Shown piece by piece: positions 41,359 to 50,814 of a DNA stretch of 64,000 nucleotides. A model generated the notes under the pieces. The model made no database searches. It worked only from the letters and a program-made list of their open reading frames with translations, and had not been told where the DNA came from. Both the position numbers and the translations under genes were made by a program. Every line of letters begins with the position of its first letter. The stretch's first letter is position 1. Source of the DNA: an uncultured delta proteobacterium (GTDB lineage: Bacteria > Myxococcota > Myxococcia > Myxococcales > Anaeromyxobacteraceae); contig CAWHDZ010000016.1 of NCBI GenBank assembly GCA_963828255.1, forward strand, positions 94,849 to 158,848. Direction: 5' to 3'.

Positions 41359-42296
41359 CCATCGGTGACTCGATCGGCACCGGATTCCGGCGCGCCACCC
41401 GCTGGCGACTCCTGTTCCTCTGCGCGCTCCTCACGGCCGTCCCGGCCGCGCTGGCGACCCTGCCGATCTGGGGGCTCTTCTCCTGGCTGCTCGACCACGC
41501 GCCCCGGGCCGACCTGCTCGCCACGGGGCTCGAGGGCTCCTGGTTCCCCGACCTGGCCCGGGCGCTGGCGGACAGCGCCGCCGGGCAGATCGTTCCCGCT
41601 GGCCTCCTCGCGTCCCTGGCGGTCGCGCTCCTCCTCGGACCGGCTCTCGCCGGGGCCATGCTCGCCGAGGCCGGCGCTCCCCAGCCGCTCCACTTCCGGG
41701 CCCTCCTCACCGGCGCCGGCCGCCTCTACGGCAGGATGTTCCGCACGGTGCTGGTCGCGGCGATCCCCCTGGGGCTCTTCGCCCTGGGGGCGGCGGCGAT
41801 CTCGAAGGGCGCCAAGGCGGCGGTCGAGAAGGCGGTGACCGAGGGCGCGGCCAGCTCGTTGCAGCGCTGGTCGATCCTCGCCGGCATGGCTCTCTTCTTC
41901 GTGGCCCACCTCACGCTCGATGCCGGGCGCGCCCGGATGGCGTCCCAGCCGGAGCGGCGCAGCGCGCTCAAGGCCTGGTTCTCCGGGACCTGGCTCGTGC
42001 TGCGCCACCCCGTCCACGCCGTCGCGATCGGACTGGTGAGCGCGCTCGCCGGGCCGGTCCTGGGGCTCGTGGTGATGGCGTTCCGGGAGCGGCTCCCGGC
42101 CGGCCCGCGCTGGGCGGTGGTGGTGGGGGTCCTCCTCGCCCAGGTCGCGGCCATGGCGATCGGGTGGGGCAGGGCGGTGCGGCTCGGCGGGCTCGTCCGG
42201 CTCTCCCGGGACGACCGGGAGGCGCGGCTCGGTCGGCTCAGCCGCCGCCCGGCGGATCCTTCTCCGGCTCCTCCTCCAGCAGATCTTCCGCAGTGA
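41355..42296 (+). CDS. Multi-pass membrane protein coupled to the M1 peptidase
   Basis: GTG overlapping the peptidase stop; about 6 hydrophobic segments. Confidence 0.72.
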   Translation: MTIGDSIGTGFRRATRWRLLFLCALLTAVPAALATLPIWGLFSWLLDHAPRADLLATGLEGSWFPDLARALADSAAGQIVPAGLLASLAVALLLGPALAGAMLAEAGAPQPLHFRALLTGAGRLYGRMFRTVLVAAIPLGLFALGAAAISKGAKAAVEKAVTEGAASSLQRWSILAGMALFFVAHLTLDAGRARMASQPERRSALKAWFSGTWLVLRHPVHAVAIGLVSALAGPVLGLVVMAFRERLPAGPRWAVVVGVLLAQVAAMAIGWGRAVRLGGLVRLSRDDREARLGRLSRRPADPSPAPPPADLPQ

Positions 42297-42313
42297 GGTC
42301 GGGCGCCGCCTTC

Positions 42314-42742
42314 TCACGCCCTCCCGCGGGAGCGCCGCGCCGCGATGACGAAGAATCCCCCGGCGAGCAGCACGGCGAGCGCCAGGCCGGCGTAGGGGAG
42401 GGCGATCCGCCACCAGGGGACGACGTTCTCGCGCCCGAGCTTCGCGAGGAAGAGGGCCAGCGCCTTCCGGTCCTCGTCGTTGCCGCGGAATGCGTGGGAC
42501 ATCTGTGGCCGGATGCGGCTCAGGTTGCCGATGTTCTCGTAGGCCTTCTCGTAGTTGCCCCACTTCTCCGGGGTGATGCGCGGGTGGAGCGGATTGGTCA
42601 CGCCCGGCCCCGGCTCGAAGACGTGGCAGGCGAAGCAGAAGTCGCGCATGCGGTCCTCGCCGCGCGCCATCGCCTCGGGGGTCTCGGGCGGTGCGGCGGC
42701 GGAGAGGAGGGCCAGCAGGGAGATGGCGGCGGAAGCGGTCAC
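42314..42742 (-). CDS. Monoheme c-type cytochrome with C-terminal membrane anchor
   Basis: Signal peptide, CFACH, candidate Met ligand (PQM), C-terminal TM; GTGA overlap with upstream gene. Confidence 0.72.
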   Translation of the reverse strand: MTASAAISLLALLSAAAPPETPEAMARGEDRMRDFCFACHVFEPGPGVTNPLHPRITPEKWGNYEKAYENIGNLSRIRPQMSHAFRGNDEDRKALALFLAKLGRENVVPWWRIALPYAGLALAVLLAGGFFVIAARRSRGRA

Positions 42743-43170
42743 TTCGTGCCCTTCTCCACGGCCTTCGGGAAGGTCATGTGGCCCTTCCCGTACCACCAGG
42801 TCATGGCCTCGACGCGAAGCTGCCCGGCCTTCACGATGGGATCCTGCTCGGCGAGCGCGCGGGCCTCGCCGACCGAGCCCACCCGGTAGATGCAGACGCC
42901 GCGGTAGGCGGGGTCGGCCTGGTCGGAGAACGGGCCGGCCACGACCATCTTGCCCACCTCCCCCATGGCCGTGAGGTGGGCCATGTGCTGCTTCTGGAGC
43001 GCGGCGGACTCCTCGGCGGGGAGCTTCTTCCACGTGGGGGCGCGCAGGAGAAGGACGAGCTGGACCGACTCCATCTCGAAGGGGGCGTCGGCTGCCAGGG
43101 CGGGGAGCGGCGATGTGGCCGCGACGGCGGTGGCGAGGGCCAGCAGGGCGGCGAAGGGGGCGCGGCTCAC
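42739..43170 (-). CDS. Secreted YciI-family protein
   Basis: GGAGG RBS, signal peptide, HMAHL, AGPF, DPIVKAG. Confidence 0.8.
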   Translation of the reverse strand: MSRAPFAALLALATAVAATSPLPALAADAPFEMESVQLVLLLRAPTWKKLPAEESAALQKQHMAHLTAMGEVGKMVVAGPFSDQADPAYRGVCIYRVGSVGEARALAEQDPIVKAGQLRVEAMTWWYGKGHMTFPKAVEKGTK

Positions 43171-43251
43171 GGGAGACCTCCAGGCAGGGGCTCCGGCTCT
43201 TCTATTCGGCCGTCGGGCTACCGGCACTCCGGCGTGCCGGCGATCGCAAGC

Positions 43252-43836
43252 TCACCGGTCCAGCAGTCCCCGCTTCCTCGCCAGGGCTCCGAGCCGCTCC
43301 TTGATCCGCTCGAAGCGCTTGGTGAGGGTGTTCGGCTTCACCACCCGTCCGTCCCTGGACAGGACCTCTGCGCACTCGGTCCAGGAGAGCCCCTGGTCGA
43401 GCCGCAGCGCGGCCAGGGCCCGGTCGTCCAGGGAGAGGGAGTCGCGCAGCGCCTTGAGCTCCATCCTGCGCCGCTCGTGACGCTCGTTGGTGGAGGTGAT
43501 CACCGTCTCGGCGATGCGGGTGGCCTCGCCGGTCTCGAGCCGCTGGCGCCGGCTGCGCCAGGGCTGCTTGGCCGTGTCGCAGGCCACGTTCCAGGCGATG
43601 CGGTAGGCCCAGATCCGGAAGGGCGCCGCCCCCCGGAACTCGGGAAGCCCGCGCCAGAGGTTCTCTGCGAACTGGGAGAAGGCCTCGCGCGCATCCTCGT
43701 CGTCGCCGAGGATCGACCGGAGGTAGCGGAGCACCTGCGGGCCATATCCCTTGATGGCCAAGGTGGCGGCGGCCTCGGCCTTCCCTGCGGCGATGAGCCC
43801 ACCCAGTTCCTCTTCCAGCTTCTCCGACTCGTCCAC
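43252..43836 (-). CDS. ECF sigma-70 factor (myxobacterial type)
   Basis: Region 2 DAREAFSQFAENLWRGLPEFRG..FRIWAYRIA; region 4 LSWTECAEVL...KRFERIKERL. Confidence 0.82.
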   Translation of the reverse strand: MDESEKLEEELGGLIAAGKAEAAATLAIKGYGPQVLRYLRSILGDDEDAREAFSQFAENLWRGLPEFRGAAPFRIWAYRIAWNVACDTAKQPWRSRRQRLETGEATRIAETVITSTNERHERRRMELKALRDSLSLDDRALAALRLDQGLSWTECAEVLSRDGRVVKPNTLTKRFERIKERLGALARKRGLLDR

Positions 43837-44050
43837 GCAGCTCCTCGGGCCACAGGGGCAAGGGCAGGATAACCCCCTGGAACGACGAAGACATCATGCC
43901 GAGCGACCGGACATGACGCCCCAAACGGGGCCGTCACGATCTCGTCCGTGCTTCGTCCCGCGCTCCCCGCTCGGACCTCGGAATTGGGATGGCAGCGGCG
44001 CTTCGCCGGGACAGGGGAAGCGCCGCCCGGGGGGCGAGACGGTCCTCCGC

Positions 44051-44259
44051 ATGAGGCGATTCCGGTACGCGTCCCTCTCCACGCTGGCCCTCGCCCCGGG
44101 GCTCGTGACCGCCTGCACGTGGACGGGGCTCTGGTGCCTGGCCGCCGAGTTCCGCGCCTGCGTCCGCGACGGCGCGGCAGGCCTCGACTGGATTGGCGCC
44201 CGGTGGACCACTGGTTCTTCATCACGCTCGCCGACGGTGCCCGCGCGCTCGCAGCCTGA
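44051..44259 (+). CDS. Possible small hypothetical protein, probably frameshifted near 44202
   Basis: ATG frame MRRFRYASLSTLAL...GAR joins VDHWFFITLADGARALAA* if one G is added. Confidence 0.35.
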
Positions 44260-44277
44260 ACTTCGACCGGGATCCGC

Positions 44278-44928
44278 TTGCGCGGGGGGGGCGACCCGGG
44301 CGAAAGTCGCGCGATTCAGCTCATCCTCGCCTTCGCCGTCCTCGGCGGCTTGCTCGTCGCCGGGGGCTGGCTCCTCCGCCCCGTTCCTCCGGAGCACCTA
44401 CGAGGTGCCAGGAGCGGCACGGCCGTGGTCCTCCGCCCGCCGCGCGGCCGGAACGCCATCCTCTCCGTCATGGCCATCGGCCCGACCCTGCTCGTGGGCG
44501 TCGTCGCGTCAGCCGCCTCGCGGGGGAAGGGATTGGGGACCGCCGGCGTCGTCCTGGTCTCCCTCGCAGTCGCCTTCGGTTTCGGCGTGTTCCTCTACTT
44601 CCTCATCGCCGAGCGGCGGATGCAGGTCAAGGTGGACGCCCGGGGCGTGGAGCGAACCGACCCCCTCCGCCGGACGGCCATCGCCTGGGCCGAGGTCGAG
44701 AAGATCGCCTACAACGGCGTCAGCCGCTGGTTCTTCGTGACCGGCCCGCGCGGGGTCCGGCTCTGGGTGCCGGAGAACATGGCCGGCATCGGCGACTTCG
44801 CCGATGTGGCCCTCGCCGGCATTCGCGCGGCCGTCCTCGCCGCCGAGCCGGCGACGAAGGAGGCGCTCGAGCAGCTCGCCGCCGAGGCACGCGAGGAGGA
44901 CGCTGCGGCCGGGAAGGCGACGGCGTGA
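44278..44928 (+). CDS. Membrane protein with bacterial PH-like domain; start uncertain
   Basis: Three hydrophobic segments then VDARGVER...IAWAEVEKI pattern. Confidence 0.65.
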   Translation: MRGGGDPGESRAIQLILAFAVLGGLLVAGGWLLRPVPPEHLRGARSGTAVVLRPPRGRNAILSVMAIGPTLLVGVVASAASRGKGLGTAGVVLVSLAVAFGFGVFLYFLIAERRMQVKVDARGVERTDPLRRTAIAWAEVEKIAYNGVSRWFFVTGPRGVRLWVPENMAGIGDFADVALAGIRAAVLAAEPATKEALEQLAAEAREEDAAAGKATA

Positions 44929-45116
44929 CCGATCCCGCCCGGAAGGAGAAGGTCCGCGCCATCGTCTCCAAGGTTGGCGTGGGCGTGAGCGCCTTCTGCG
45001 TCTTCACGGCCGGTTGGATCGCCATGAAGAGCGACGACTGGACCACCATCATCCTGGTCTCGGTCCTGGCGCTCGCGGCCGGGCTGGTGGCGTCGAAGCT
45101 CTCGGCTAAGGCTTGA
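44925..45116 (+). CDS. Small two-TM membrane protein
   Basis: GTGA overlap; VTDPARKEK...two hydrophobic helices. Confidence 0.6.
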   Translation: MTDPARKEKVRAIVSKVGVGVSAFCVFTAGWIAMKSDDWTTIILVSVLALAAGLVASKLSAKA

Positions 45117-46038
45117 ACCGGTAGCGGAAGGCGCGGGCCCGGGCCCAGCGGTGGCGCCAGCCGCGCGGCAGGTCGGGCAGGGGCCCCTCGTGGTCCCGCC
45201 CCCACCGCAGCATCTCCCACAGGAAGTAGCTGATGGGCAGGCCGTACTTGAGGGCGAAGGTCTCGCCCCCGTCGTTCAGCACGATCTCGCGCCCCACGGT
45301 CTTGTGCCGGAAGTGGTAGACGCGGCTCGCCCCGACGCCCCGGAACTCCCGGACGCCGGCCAGCCAGAGCTTCATCGAGAGGTCCGGGTCCGACCCCATG
45401 CCCGGGGAGAACTCCACGCTGTAGCCCCCCACCAGTTCCCACATCCGCCGGTGGACCAGGGTGGGCGGTGAGGTGGCCCCCGACCAGTCGGCCCGGCGGA
45501 GCGACACGGCGTCGGCGAGGAGGTCGGCGAGCAGGTCGCGCTCCCGGAAGGTGGCCAGGTCCCCGCCGTAGTCGCGCGGCGCGATGCTCCCCGGGGTCTT
45601 GCCGCCGGGCTCGATCATCGTCCCCGAGAGCATGAACCGCTCGTGGCCGATGCGCCCGACCGCCTCGAGGAGCGCCGTGTCCCACCCCGGGCAGGCGTAC
45701 ATGTCGTCGTTCATGTAGGCGACGAGGTCGGTGGTGGAGAGCGCCGCCGCCGCATTCACCGCGAAGCACACCCCGGCGTTGCTCGCGCTGTGGGTGTGGT
45801 CGAGCCCCTGGGCGCGCACCCAGTCGAGCGTGCCGTCGGAGCCGTCGTTCACGTGCACCACCACCTGGTGCGGCATGGCCGAGTTGCGCCGGATCGACTC
45901 CACGCAGAGCCGCAGGTAGGGCAGGTTGTTCCAGGAGGGAATGACGATCGAGAAGCGCGCGCCGGGGGTCGGGCGGGGCGCGCGGCTGGCCTCGATGCGG
46001 GGTGCGAGAGTCTCGAGGGGCCGGTGCCGACGCGCCAT
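45106..46038 (-). CDS. Glycosyltransferase family 2
   Basis: SIVIPSWN, NDGSD, MNDD, GSDPD. Confidence 0.88.
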   Translation of the reverse strand: MARRHRPLETLAPRIEASRAPRPTPGARFSIVIPSWNNLPYLRLCVESIRRNSAMPHQVVVHVNDGSDGTLDWVRAQGLDHTHSASNAGVCFAVNAAAALSTTDLVAYMNDDMYACPGWDTALLEAVGRIGHERFMLSGTMIEPGGKTPGSIAPRDYGGDLATFRERDLLADLLADAVSLRRADWSGATSPPTLVHRRMWELVGGYSVEFSPGMGSDPDLSMKLWLAGVREFRGVGASRVYHFRHKTVGREIVLNDGGETFALKYGLPISYFLWEMLRWGRDHEGPLPDLPRGWRHRWARARAFRYRFKP

Positions 46039-46071
46039 CGCGGGTCAGCCTAGCACGCGCCGGGGGCTGGT

Positions 46072-47001
46072 TCAGTCGATGGTGAAGAACATCTTCAGGC
46101 AGAACAGCACCTTCATCGGCTCCGACTTCCTCTTGTAGGCCAGGATCAGGTGGCGGTAGCGGAGGAAGACCACCATCCGGATCCAGCCGTTGCGCGGGGA
46201 GAAGCTCCGGTAGCTCTCGTGGATCACCCGGAGGATCTCCTTCCCCTGCCGGTTCTCGGCCGGGCACCGTTCGTACAGCAGGCGCATGCGGGCCCGGATC
46301 CGCGCGAGCTTCTCCGCCCGGGTCGGCCTCGGCCGGGCCGCCCTCCGGGTCCGGGTGTCGGCCCCGACGGCGTTTCCGCCGTGCTGGCGGTAGAGCACCA
46401 GCGGCTCGTCCACGTACCGGATGGCGCCGTGGCAGGTGGCCGTGAAGCCGAGCCAGTAGTCGTGGGTGACCAGGGTGGGGAAGGGGAGGCACAGCTCCAC
46501 GAGCTCCCTCCGGAAGAGCATGGCGTGGCCGGGGGCCCAGGCCCCCAGGGCGTACATCAGGCAGCTGTCGTAGCCGATCTGGTTCTTGACGTCGGACATC
46601 CTCCGGCCGAGCCGCCGCCCCTCCTCGTCGATCAGCTCCGAGTCGCTGTAGACGACGAGCCCGTCCCCGAGCCGGCTGCAGAGCGTGGCGAGCTTGTGCG
46701 GCAGCCAGACGTCGTCCTGGTCGCAGAGGGCGACGAGCCTGCCGGTGGCGAGCTGCATGCCCTTCTCGAAGTTGCGGACGTACCCCAGGTTCTCCTCGTT
46801 GCGGATGATCCGGAAGCGGGGGTCGGCCGCGGCATAGGCCTCGAGGATGGCCATGGTGCCGTCCCGGGAGCAGTCGTCCACCACCACGATCTCCCGTGGC
46901 GGGACGGTCTGGGCCAGGATGCTGTCCAGCTGCTCCCGCAGGAAGCGCTCGCCGTCGAATGTCGCGACGACGACGGAGAGGTCGGGGGCTGGATCGGGCA
47001 T
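46072..47001 (-). CDS. Glycosyltransferase family 2 (rhamnosyltransferase-like)
   Basis: QLDSILAQT, DDCSRD, CDQDDVW, HDYW, YRQH. Confidence 0.88.
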   Translation of the reverse strand: MPDPAPDLSVVVATFDGERFLREQLDSILAQTVPPREIVVVDDCSRDGTMAILEAYAAADPRFRIIRNEENLGYVRNFEKGMQLATGRLVALCDQDDVWLPHKLATLCSRLGDGLVVYSDSELIDEEGRRLGRRMSDVKNQIGYDSCLMYALGAWAPGHAMLFRRELVELCLPFPTLVTHDYWLGFTATCHGAIRYVDEPLVLYRQHGGNAVGADTRTRRAARPRPTRAEKLARIRARMRLLYERCPAENRQGKEILRVIHESYRSFSPRNGWIRMVVFLRYRHLILAYKRKSEPMKVLFCLKMFFTID

Positions 47002-47036
47002 GATGGGAAGCAGGCGGGAGATTAGCATCCCTGGAC

Positions 47037-47708
47037 TTGCCACTGCCCACCACCCCTCCCGCACGGCCCCGCCCCACGCTCCGGGGCGTGTTCCACCTCC
47101 TCGCCGCGGTGGTGGCCTTCCCCGCCACCGCCTGGCTCCTCTCCCGGGCCGGGTCCCACACCGCCGAGTTCGCCGCCGGGGTCTACGGCGGCTCGCTCGT
47201 GGTGCTCTTCACCGTCAGCGCGACCTACCACCGGGTCTTCTGGACAGACCAGAAGATCCGGTCGGCGGTGGGGCGAATCGACCATTCGGCCATCTTCGTC
47301 CTCATCGCCGGGACCTACACGCCCTTCTGCCTGCTCATCGGCTCGGCCGGCGGCTACGCGCTGCTCGCCACCGTCTGGGCCAGCGCCATGCTGGGCATGG
47401 TGATCGTGGTCTTCTTCCCGCGGACCCCCAAGCCGGTGCGTTCGGCCATCTACGTCCTGCTCGGCTGGCTCATCGTGCCCTTCCTCCCGGCGCTCCACGC
47501 CGCGCTGGGGACCCGCCCTTTCATGATGATCCTGGCCGGCGGGGCCTGCTACACGGTGGGTGCGGTGATCTACGCAGTCCGCCGCCCCGACCCGTTCCCG
47601 GCGGTCTTCGGCTTCCACGAGATCTTCCACGTGCTCGTGGTGGTGGCGGCGGCCTGCCAGTACGTGGCGGTGGTGGCCGCGGTTCGCGTCATCTCCGCGT
47701 CGGGGTAA
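47037..47708 (+). CDS. Hemolysin III / PAQR-family membrane protein
   Basis: SATYH, DHSAIFVLIAGTYTP, GFHEIFH. Confidence 0.9.
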   Translation: MPLPTTPPARPRPTLRGVFHLLAAVVAFPATAWLLSRAGSHTAEFAAGVYGGSLVVLFTVSATYHRVFWTDQKIRSAVGRIDHSAIFVLIAGTYTPFCLLIGSAGGYALLATVWASAMLGMVIVVFFPRTPKPVRSAIYVLLGWLIVPFLPALHAALGTRPFMMILAGGACYTVGAVIYAVRRPDPFPAVFGFHEIFHVLVVVAAACQYVAVVAAVRVISASG

Positions 47709-47720
47709 AAGGATGGCTCC

Positions 47721-48539
47721 ATGAACTTCTTTCGTGCCCGCCTGCCCTCCGTCGCGCTCCTTCTCACGCTCTCCGCCTGCTCGAGCACGGCCCCGGCTGA
47801 CTCCTGCACGGCGCTCTTCGGACAGCCAGTGGCCGCGACCGGCCTCACCGCGGCCCAGTGCGCTCCCGGCTGCGCCTGCGGGGGCACGACCTGGACCCCG
47901 CCGGCCTACGACGACGCCTTCGTGGCGCGGCTCGTCTCCGGGTGGACCCTCGACAACCCGTGGGCGCCGCTCACGAGCGATCCCTACGCGTCGCCCGCGC
48001 CGCCCGACGATCCTCCCGACACGGTCTGCGCCGTGCTCCCCACCGGGCCTGCCGGGTCCACGCCCAGAAGTTACCGGCTCGACACCTTCGACTCCGAGGC
48101 GGCGGCGCGCGCCGCGGGGGCCAGCCCGACCCACTTCGGCCGCTGCGGGGTCTGCTCGTCGCTCGAGAACCTGGCCGTCTACGTGAAGGAGAACGACCTG
48201 ACCGCGCCGGTCCGCACCTGCGGGATCTTGAGCTCGACCCTCGACGCCAACGTCTCCTGCCTCCGGGCGCTCGGCTTCGACCTTCCCTGCGCGCAGGTCT
48301 GGGCCTACAACACCGCGAACACCCGCACCAGATGCCTCTCGGTGTGCGTCCGCCTGCTCGACGCGCCCTACCACCTGCCCGACGGCCGGCTCAACGACTG
48401 CCTCCTCTGCGACGAGGCCCAGAGCGGAGCGGTGTTCAAGGCCGTGGCCGGGAGGACCCGACGCAACTCCGGGCTGCCCAACGCCCTCTGCCGCCCCTGC
48501 AGCGAGGTCCGGCCGCTGGTGCACGACTACCCCTACTGA
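47721..48539 (+). CDS. Cys-rich lipoprotein of unknown function
   Basis: Lipobox LSA-C; more than 15 Cys; HFGRCGVCS, LNDCLLCDE, AGRTRRNSGL. Confidence 0.78.
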   Translation: MNFFRARLPSVALLLTLSACSSTAPADSCTALFGQPVAATGLTAAQCAPGCACGGTTWTPPAYDDAFVARLVSGWTLDNPWAPLTSDPYASPAPPDDPPDTVCAVLPTGPAGSTPRSYRLDTFDSEAAARAAGASPTHFGRCGVCSSLENLAVYVKENDLTAPVRTCGILSSTLDANVSCLRALGFDLPCAQVWAYNTANTRTRCLSVCVRLLDAPYHLPDGRLNDCLLCDEAQSGAVFKAVAGRTRRNSGLPNALCRPCSEVRPLVHDYPY

Positions 48540-49066
48540 GCGGCCGGCCTGGGATAGTGGATGATGGCCACGACGCCCGGGATGTACTTCAAGTCTGCCC
48601 GGTCCGCTCCCCGGTTCCAGCGGGTCTGGCGCATGTCGATGAAGTTCGCGTCGGCCGTGTCCTCGAGCGGGGCGCCCCACGCCTTCACCAGGGCCTCGCG
48701 CAGCCGTCGATAGGCCTCGGCGTCCACGTAGTTCTTCTGCGGCGTGCGGAGGCTGACGAGCGCGAGCTTGCCGCCCTCGAAGATGAAGCGGACGTCGAAG
48801 GTCTGCCCCTCGAAGACGAAGCCGTCGATCCGGGCCTCGATGGTTTTGTCGTCCGCAAGCTTCACCGGAGGTGACACGGCGGAGGCCTCCTTCGGGAAGG
48901 CGGCCAGGACCTCCGCGGGGGTCATCCCGAATCGGGCGGCCCGCCAGCCCGGCGTCGCGGCGGGCGCCGGGGCGGCGTCGGCCGGCGTCCTGGCCGGGGC
49001 GGGAGCGGGAGGGATGGGGTCGGCGAGGAGGAGGACGGCCAGGAGAAGTGCGTGCATGCGATCCAT
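48533..49066 (-). CDS. Secreted hypothetical protein
   Basis: Signal peptide, Pro/Ala linker, GWRAARFGMT domain. Confidence 0.68.
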   Translation of the reverse strand: MDRMHALLLAVLLLADPIPPAPAPARTPADAAPAPAATPGWRAARFGMTPAEVLAAFPKEASAVSPPVKLADDKTIEARIDGFVFEGQTFDVRFIFEGGKLALVSLRTPQKNYVDAEAYRRLREALVKAWGAPLEDTADANFIDMRQTRWNRGADRADLKYIPGVVAIIHYPRPAAQ

Positions 49067-49128
49067 TCTACCGCGCCGGGTCAGGATGTCCGCGCCATCC
49101 CAACCTCGGTTATCATCCGGGAATGCGC

Positions 49129-50142
49129 ATGAACTTCCTCCCGCGAATCGCCGTCGCCGTGGGCCTGGCACTCGCCGTCCCCGCGATGGCCGAGGATCCC
49201 GCCGACCAGGCGTCAACCCTGCCCGACGATCCGCCCTCGCCGGTCGTTCAGCCGCTCCCGGTCCCGCCCGGCTCGAAGGCCGATCAGGAGATCTGGAGGA
49301 GCGCCGGGGAGGTGGGCAATCAGCTCATCGCCCTGCGCTACACGGCACACGGGCTCCACTGGAACGCCCGGAACGAGGACTTCGAGGCCCGGCTCCAGGC
49401 AGCGGCGGCGGCCGATCCTGCCGCAGCCACACGGCTCGACGGGATCCGGAAGCAGTTCTCCCAGGCCCGGGCGGCGAGCTACGCCGACCTCGTCGGCCGA
49501 TGGCCCGTCGACAAGACGCGGGTCTGCCAGTACCAGCAGCTCAGCATGCGGAGTGCGATGCTGGCGTCGGCGACCCAGGATGCCAGGGCACAGCTCTCCC
49601 AGGCCCGGGATGCCACCGCGCGGTGCCTCGACGTGGCCCGCGCCACCCTGGTCCGCGTGCGGCGCTCCACCGACGCATTTGCCGCCGCGATCGGCGAGGC
49701 CGAGAAGGCCCTCGCTCTCCCCGCCGAACCGGCTTGCAAGGGAACCCTCTCGGGAATGGTCTCCGGCGCCTTCGCTTGCGACGCCTCGATCCAGGAGTCG
49801 GCGGACGGCGAGGCCACGTTCATCGTGCAGTCCCGTGGGCCCATCGCCGGCGTCCCGTCGTACGCGCCAGGAGCATTTCGTGTTCCGCGGCCGGTGCGCG
49901 CGGGAACCTTCACGCTCGACGAGCTCGGCATGGGAAAGGCCAGCGTGGCGGCCGAGGGAGGGGTTCTCTACACGGCGACGAAGACCATCAACCAGAGGGG
50001 CGAGGTCGCCCTCGCCCTCCGCTCGGCGGTGCCGGACCCCAGGACGCCGGGCGCCTGGATCGTCCACGGAACGTACCGGGCGCGCCTCGTTCCCGCCGGA
50101 GACGGCAAGCAGGGCGAGGTGATCGTGGACGTGTCGTTTTGA
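49129..50142 (+). CDS. Secreted two-domain hypothetical protein (helical N-domain, beta C-domain)
   Basis: Signal peptide ending PAMA-E; two Cys pairs; coding-like codon bias. Confidence 0.68.
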   Translation: MNFLPRIAVAVGLALAVPAMAEDPADQASTLPDDPPSPVVQPLPVPPGSKADQEIWRSAGEVGNQLIALRYTAHGLHWNARNEDFEARLQAAAAADPAAATRLDGIRKQFSQARAASYADLVGRWPVDKTRVCQYQQLSMRSAMLASATQDARAQLSQARDATARCLDVARATLVRVRRSTDAFAAAIGEAEKALALPAEPACKGTLSGMVSGAFACDASIQESADGEATFIVQSRGPIAGVPSYAPGAFRVPRPVRAGTFTLDELGMGKASVAAEGGVLYTATKTINQRGEVALALRSAVPDPRTPGAWIVHGTYRARLVPAGDGKQGEVIVDVSF

Positions 50143-50756
50143 GGAAGCTCGTCTTCGCGGCCGGGGGCATCCTCCTCGTCGGGGGAGGCGCCATCGCCGT
50201 CATCCTCTCCACCGGTGATGACGGATCCATGCCCGACCTGCCCGGGGCGGTCGTCGCGCCTCCTTCCGCTCCACCGTCCATCCCCGTCGGCCCGCTGCCC
50301 GGGCTCGCGGGCGGCGGTCCCACGGTCACCCCGCCCGTGGAGTACGAGCCAGCGCCACCTCCGCCCCCGGACGATTCCTGGGAGGCGGTGCCCCCGGTCG
50401 GGCGACTCGCCAGGCTGGGGCGCCTCGGTCCACCGATCTCGAACGAGCTGAACGAGCTCCAGCCCCGCCTGTCCCGCTGCTTCGACGAGGAGACCCAGGC
50501 CCAGCACGGGCAGTACCCGGTCTCCCGCGCCCTCGACGGCCGCTCCAGGGGTGGAAGTTCGGCCGCGGTCCTCCTTCTCAACCTGGAGGTCCAGCCAGGC
50601 CTGGTCCGCATCGTCGATGCCCCGGTCGAGTCCCAGGGGCAGGCCTCCGACGGCCTCGTGGCATGTGCGCAGCGGATCCTCCGGGGCCACGTGCTGAGCA
50701 CGCCGGCGGCGACGACCGCCGGGCGGTTCCGGCTGGTCTTCCCGCTTCGCCAATGA
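50139..50756 (+). CDS. Membrane-anchored Pro-rich protein with TonB-C/AgmX-like C-domain
   Basis: TTGA overlap, N-terminal TM, Pro-rich stalk, C...C pair and terminal FRLVFPL strand. Confidence 0.55.
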   Translation: MRKLVFAAGGILLVGGGAIAVILSTGDDGSMPDLPGAVVAPPSAPPSIPVGPLPGLAGGGPTVTPPVEYEPAPPPPPDDSWEAVPPVGRLARLGRLGPPISNELNELQPRLSRCFDEETQAQHGQYPVSRALDGRSRGGSSAAVLLLNLEVQPGLVRIVDAPVESQGQASDGLVACAQRILRGHVLSTPAATTAGRFRLVFPLRQ

Positions 50757-50788
50757 AGAAGGGGGCGGCGCCTCGCGGCACCGCCCCC
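50756..50788 (-). terminator. Rho-independent terminator of the multicopper oxidase gene
   Basis: GGGGGCGG...CCGCCCCC stem followed by TTCTT on the minus strand. Confidence 0.65.
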
Positions 50789-50814
50789 CGGTACGGATTC
50801 GCTTCAGTCGTGGG

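Noticed and set aside
39186..42296. 1036-aa peptidase-membrane protein fusion
   Set aside because: The middle section is out-of-frame; the proper peptidase C-terminus is in another frame ending at 41358
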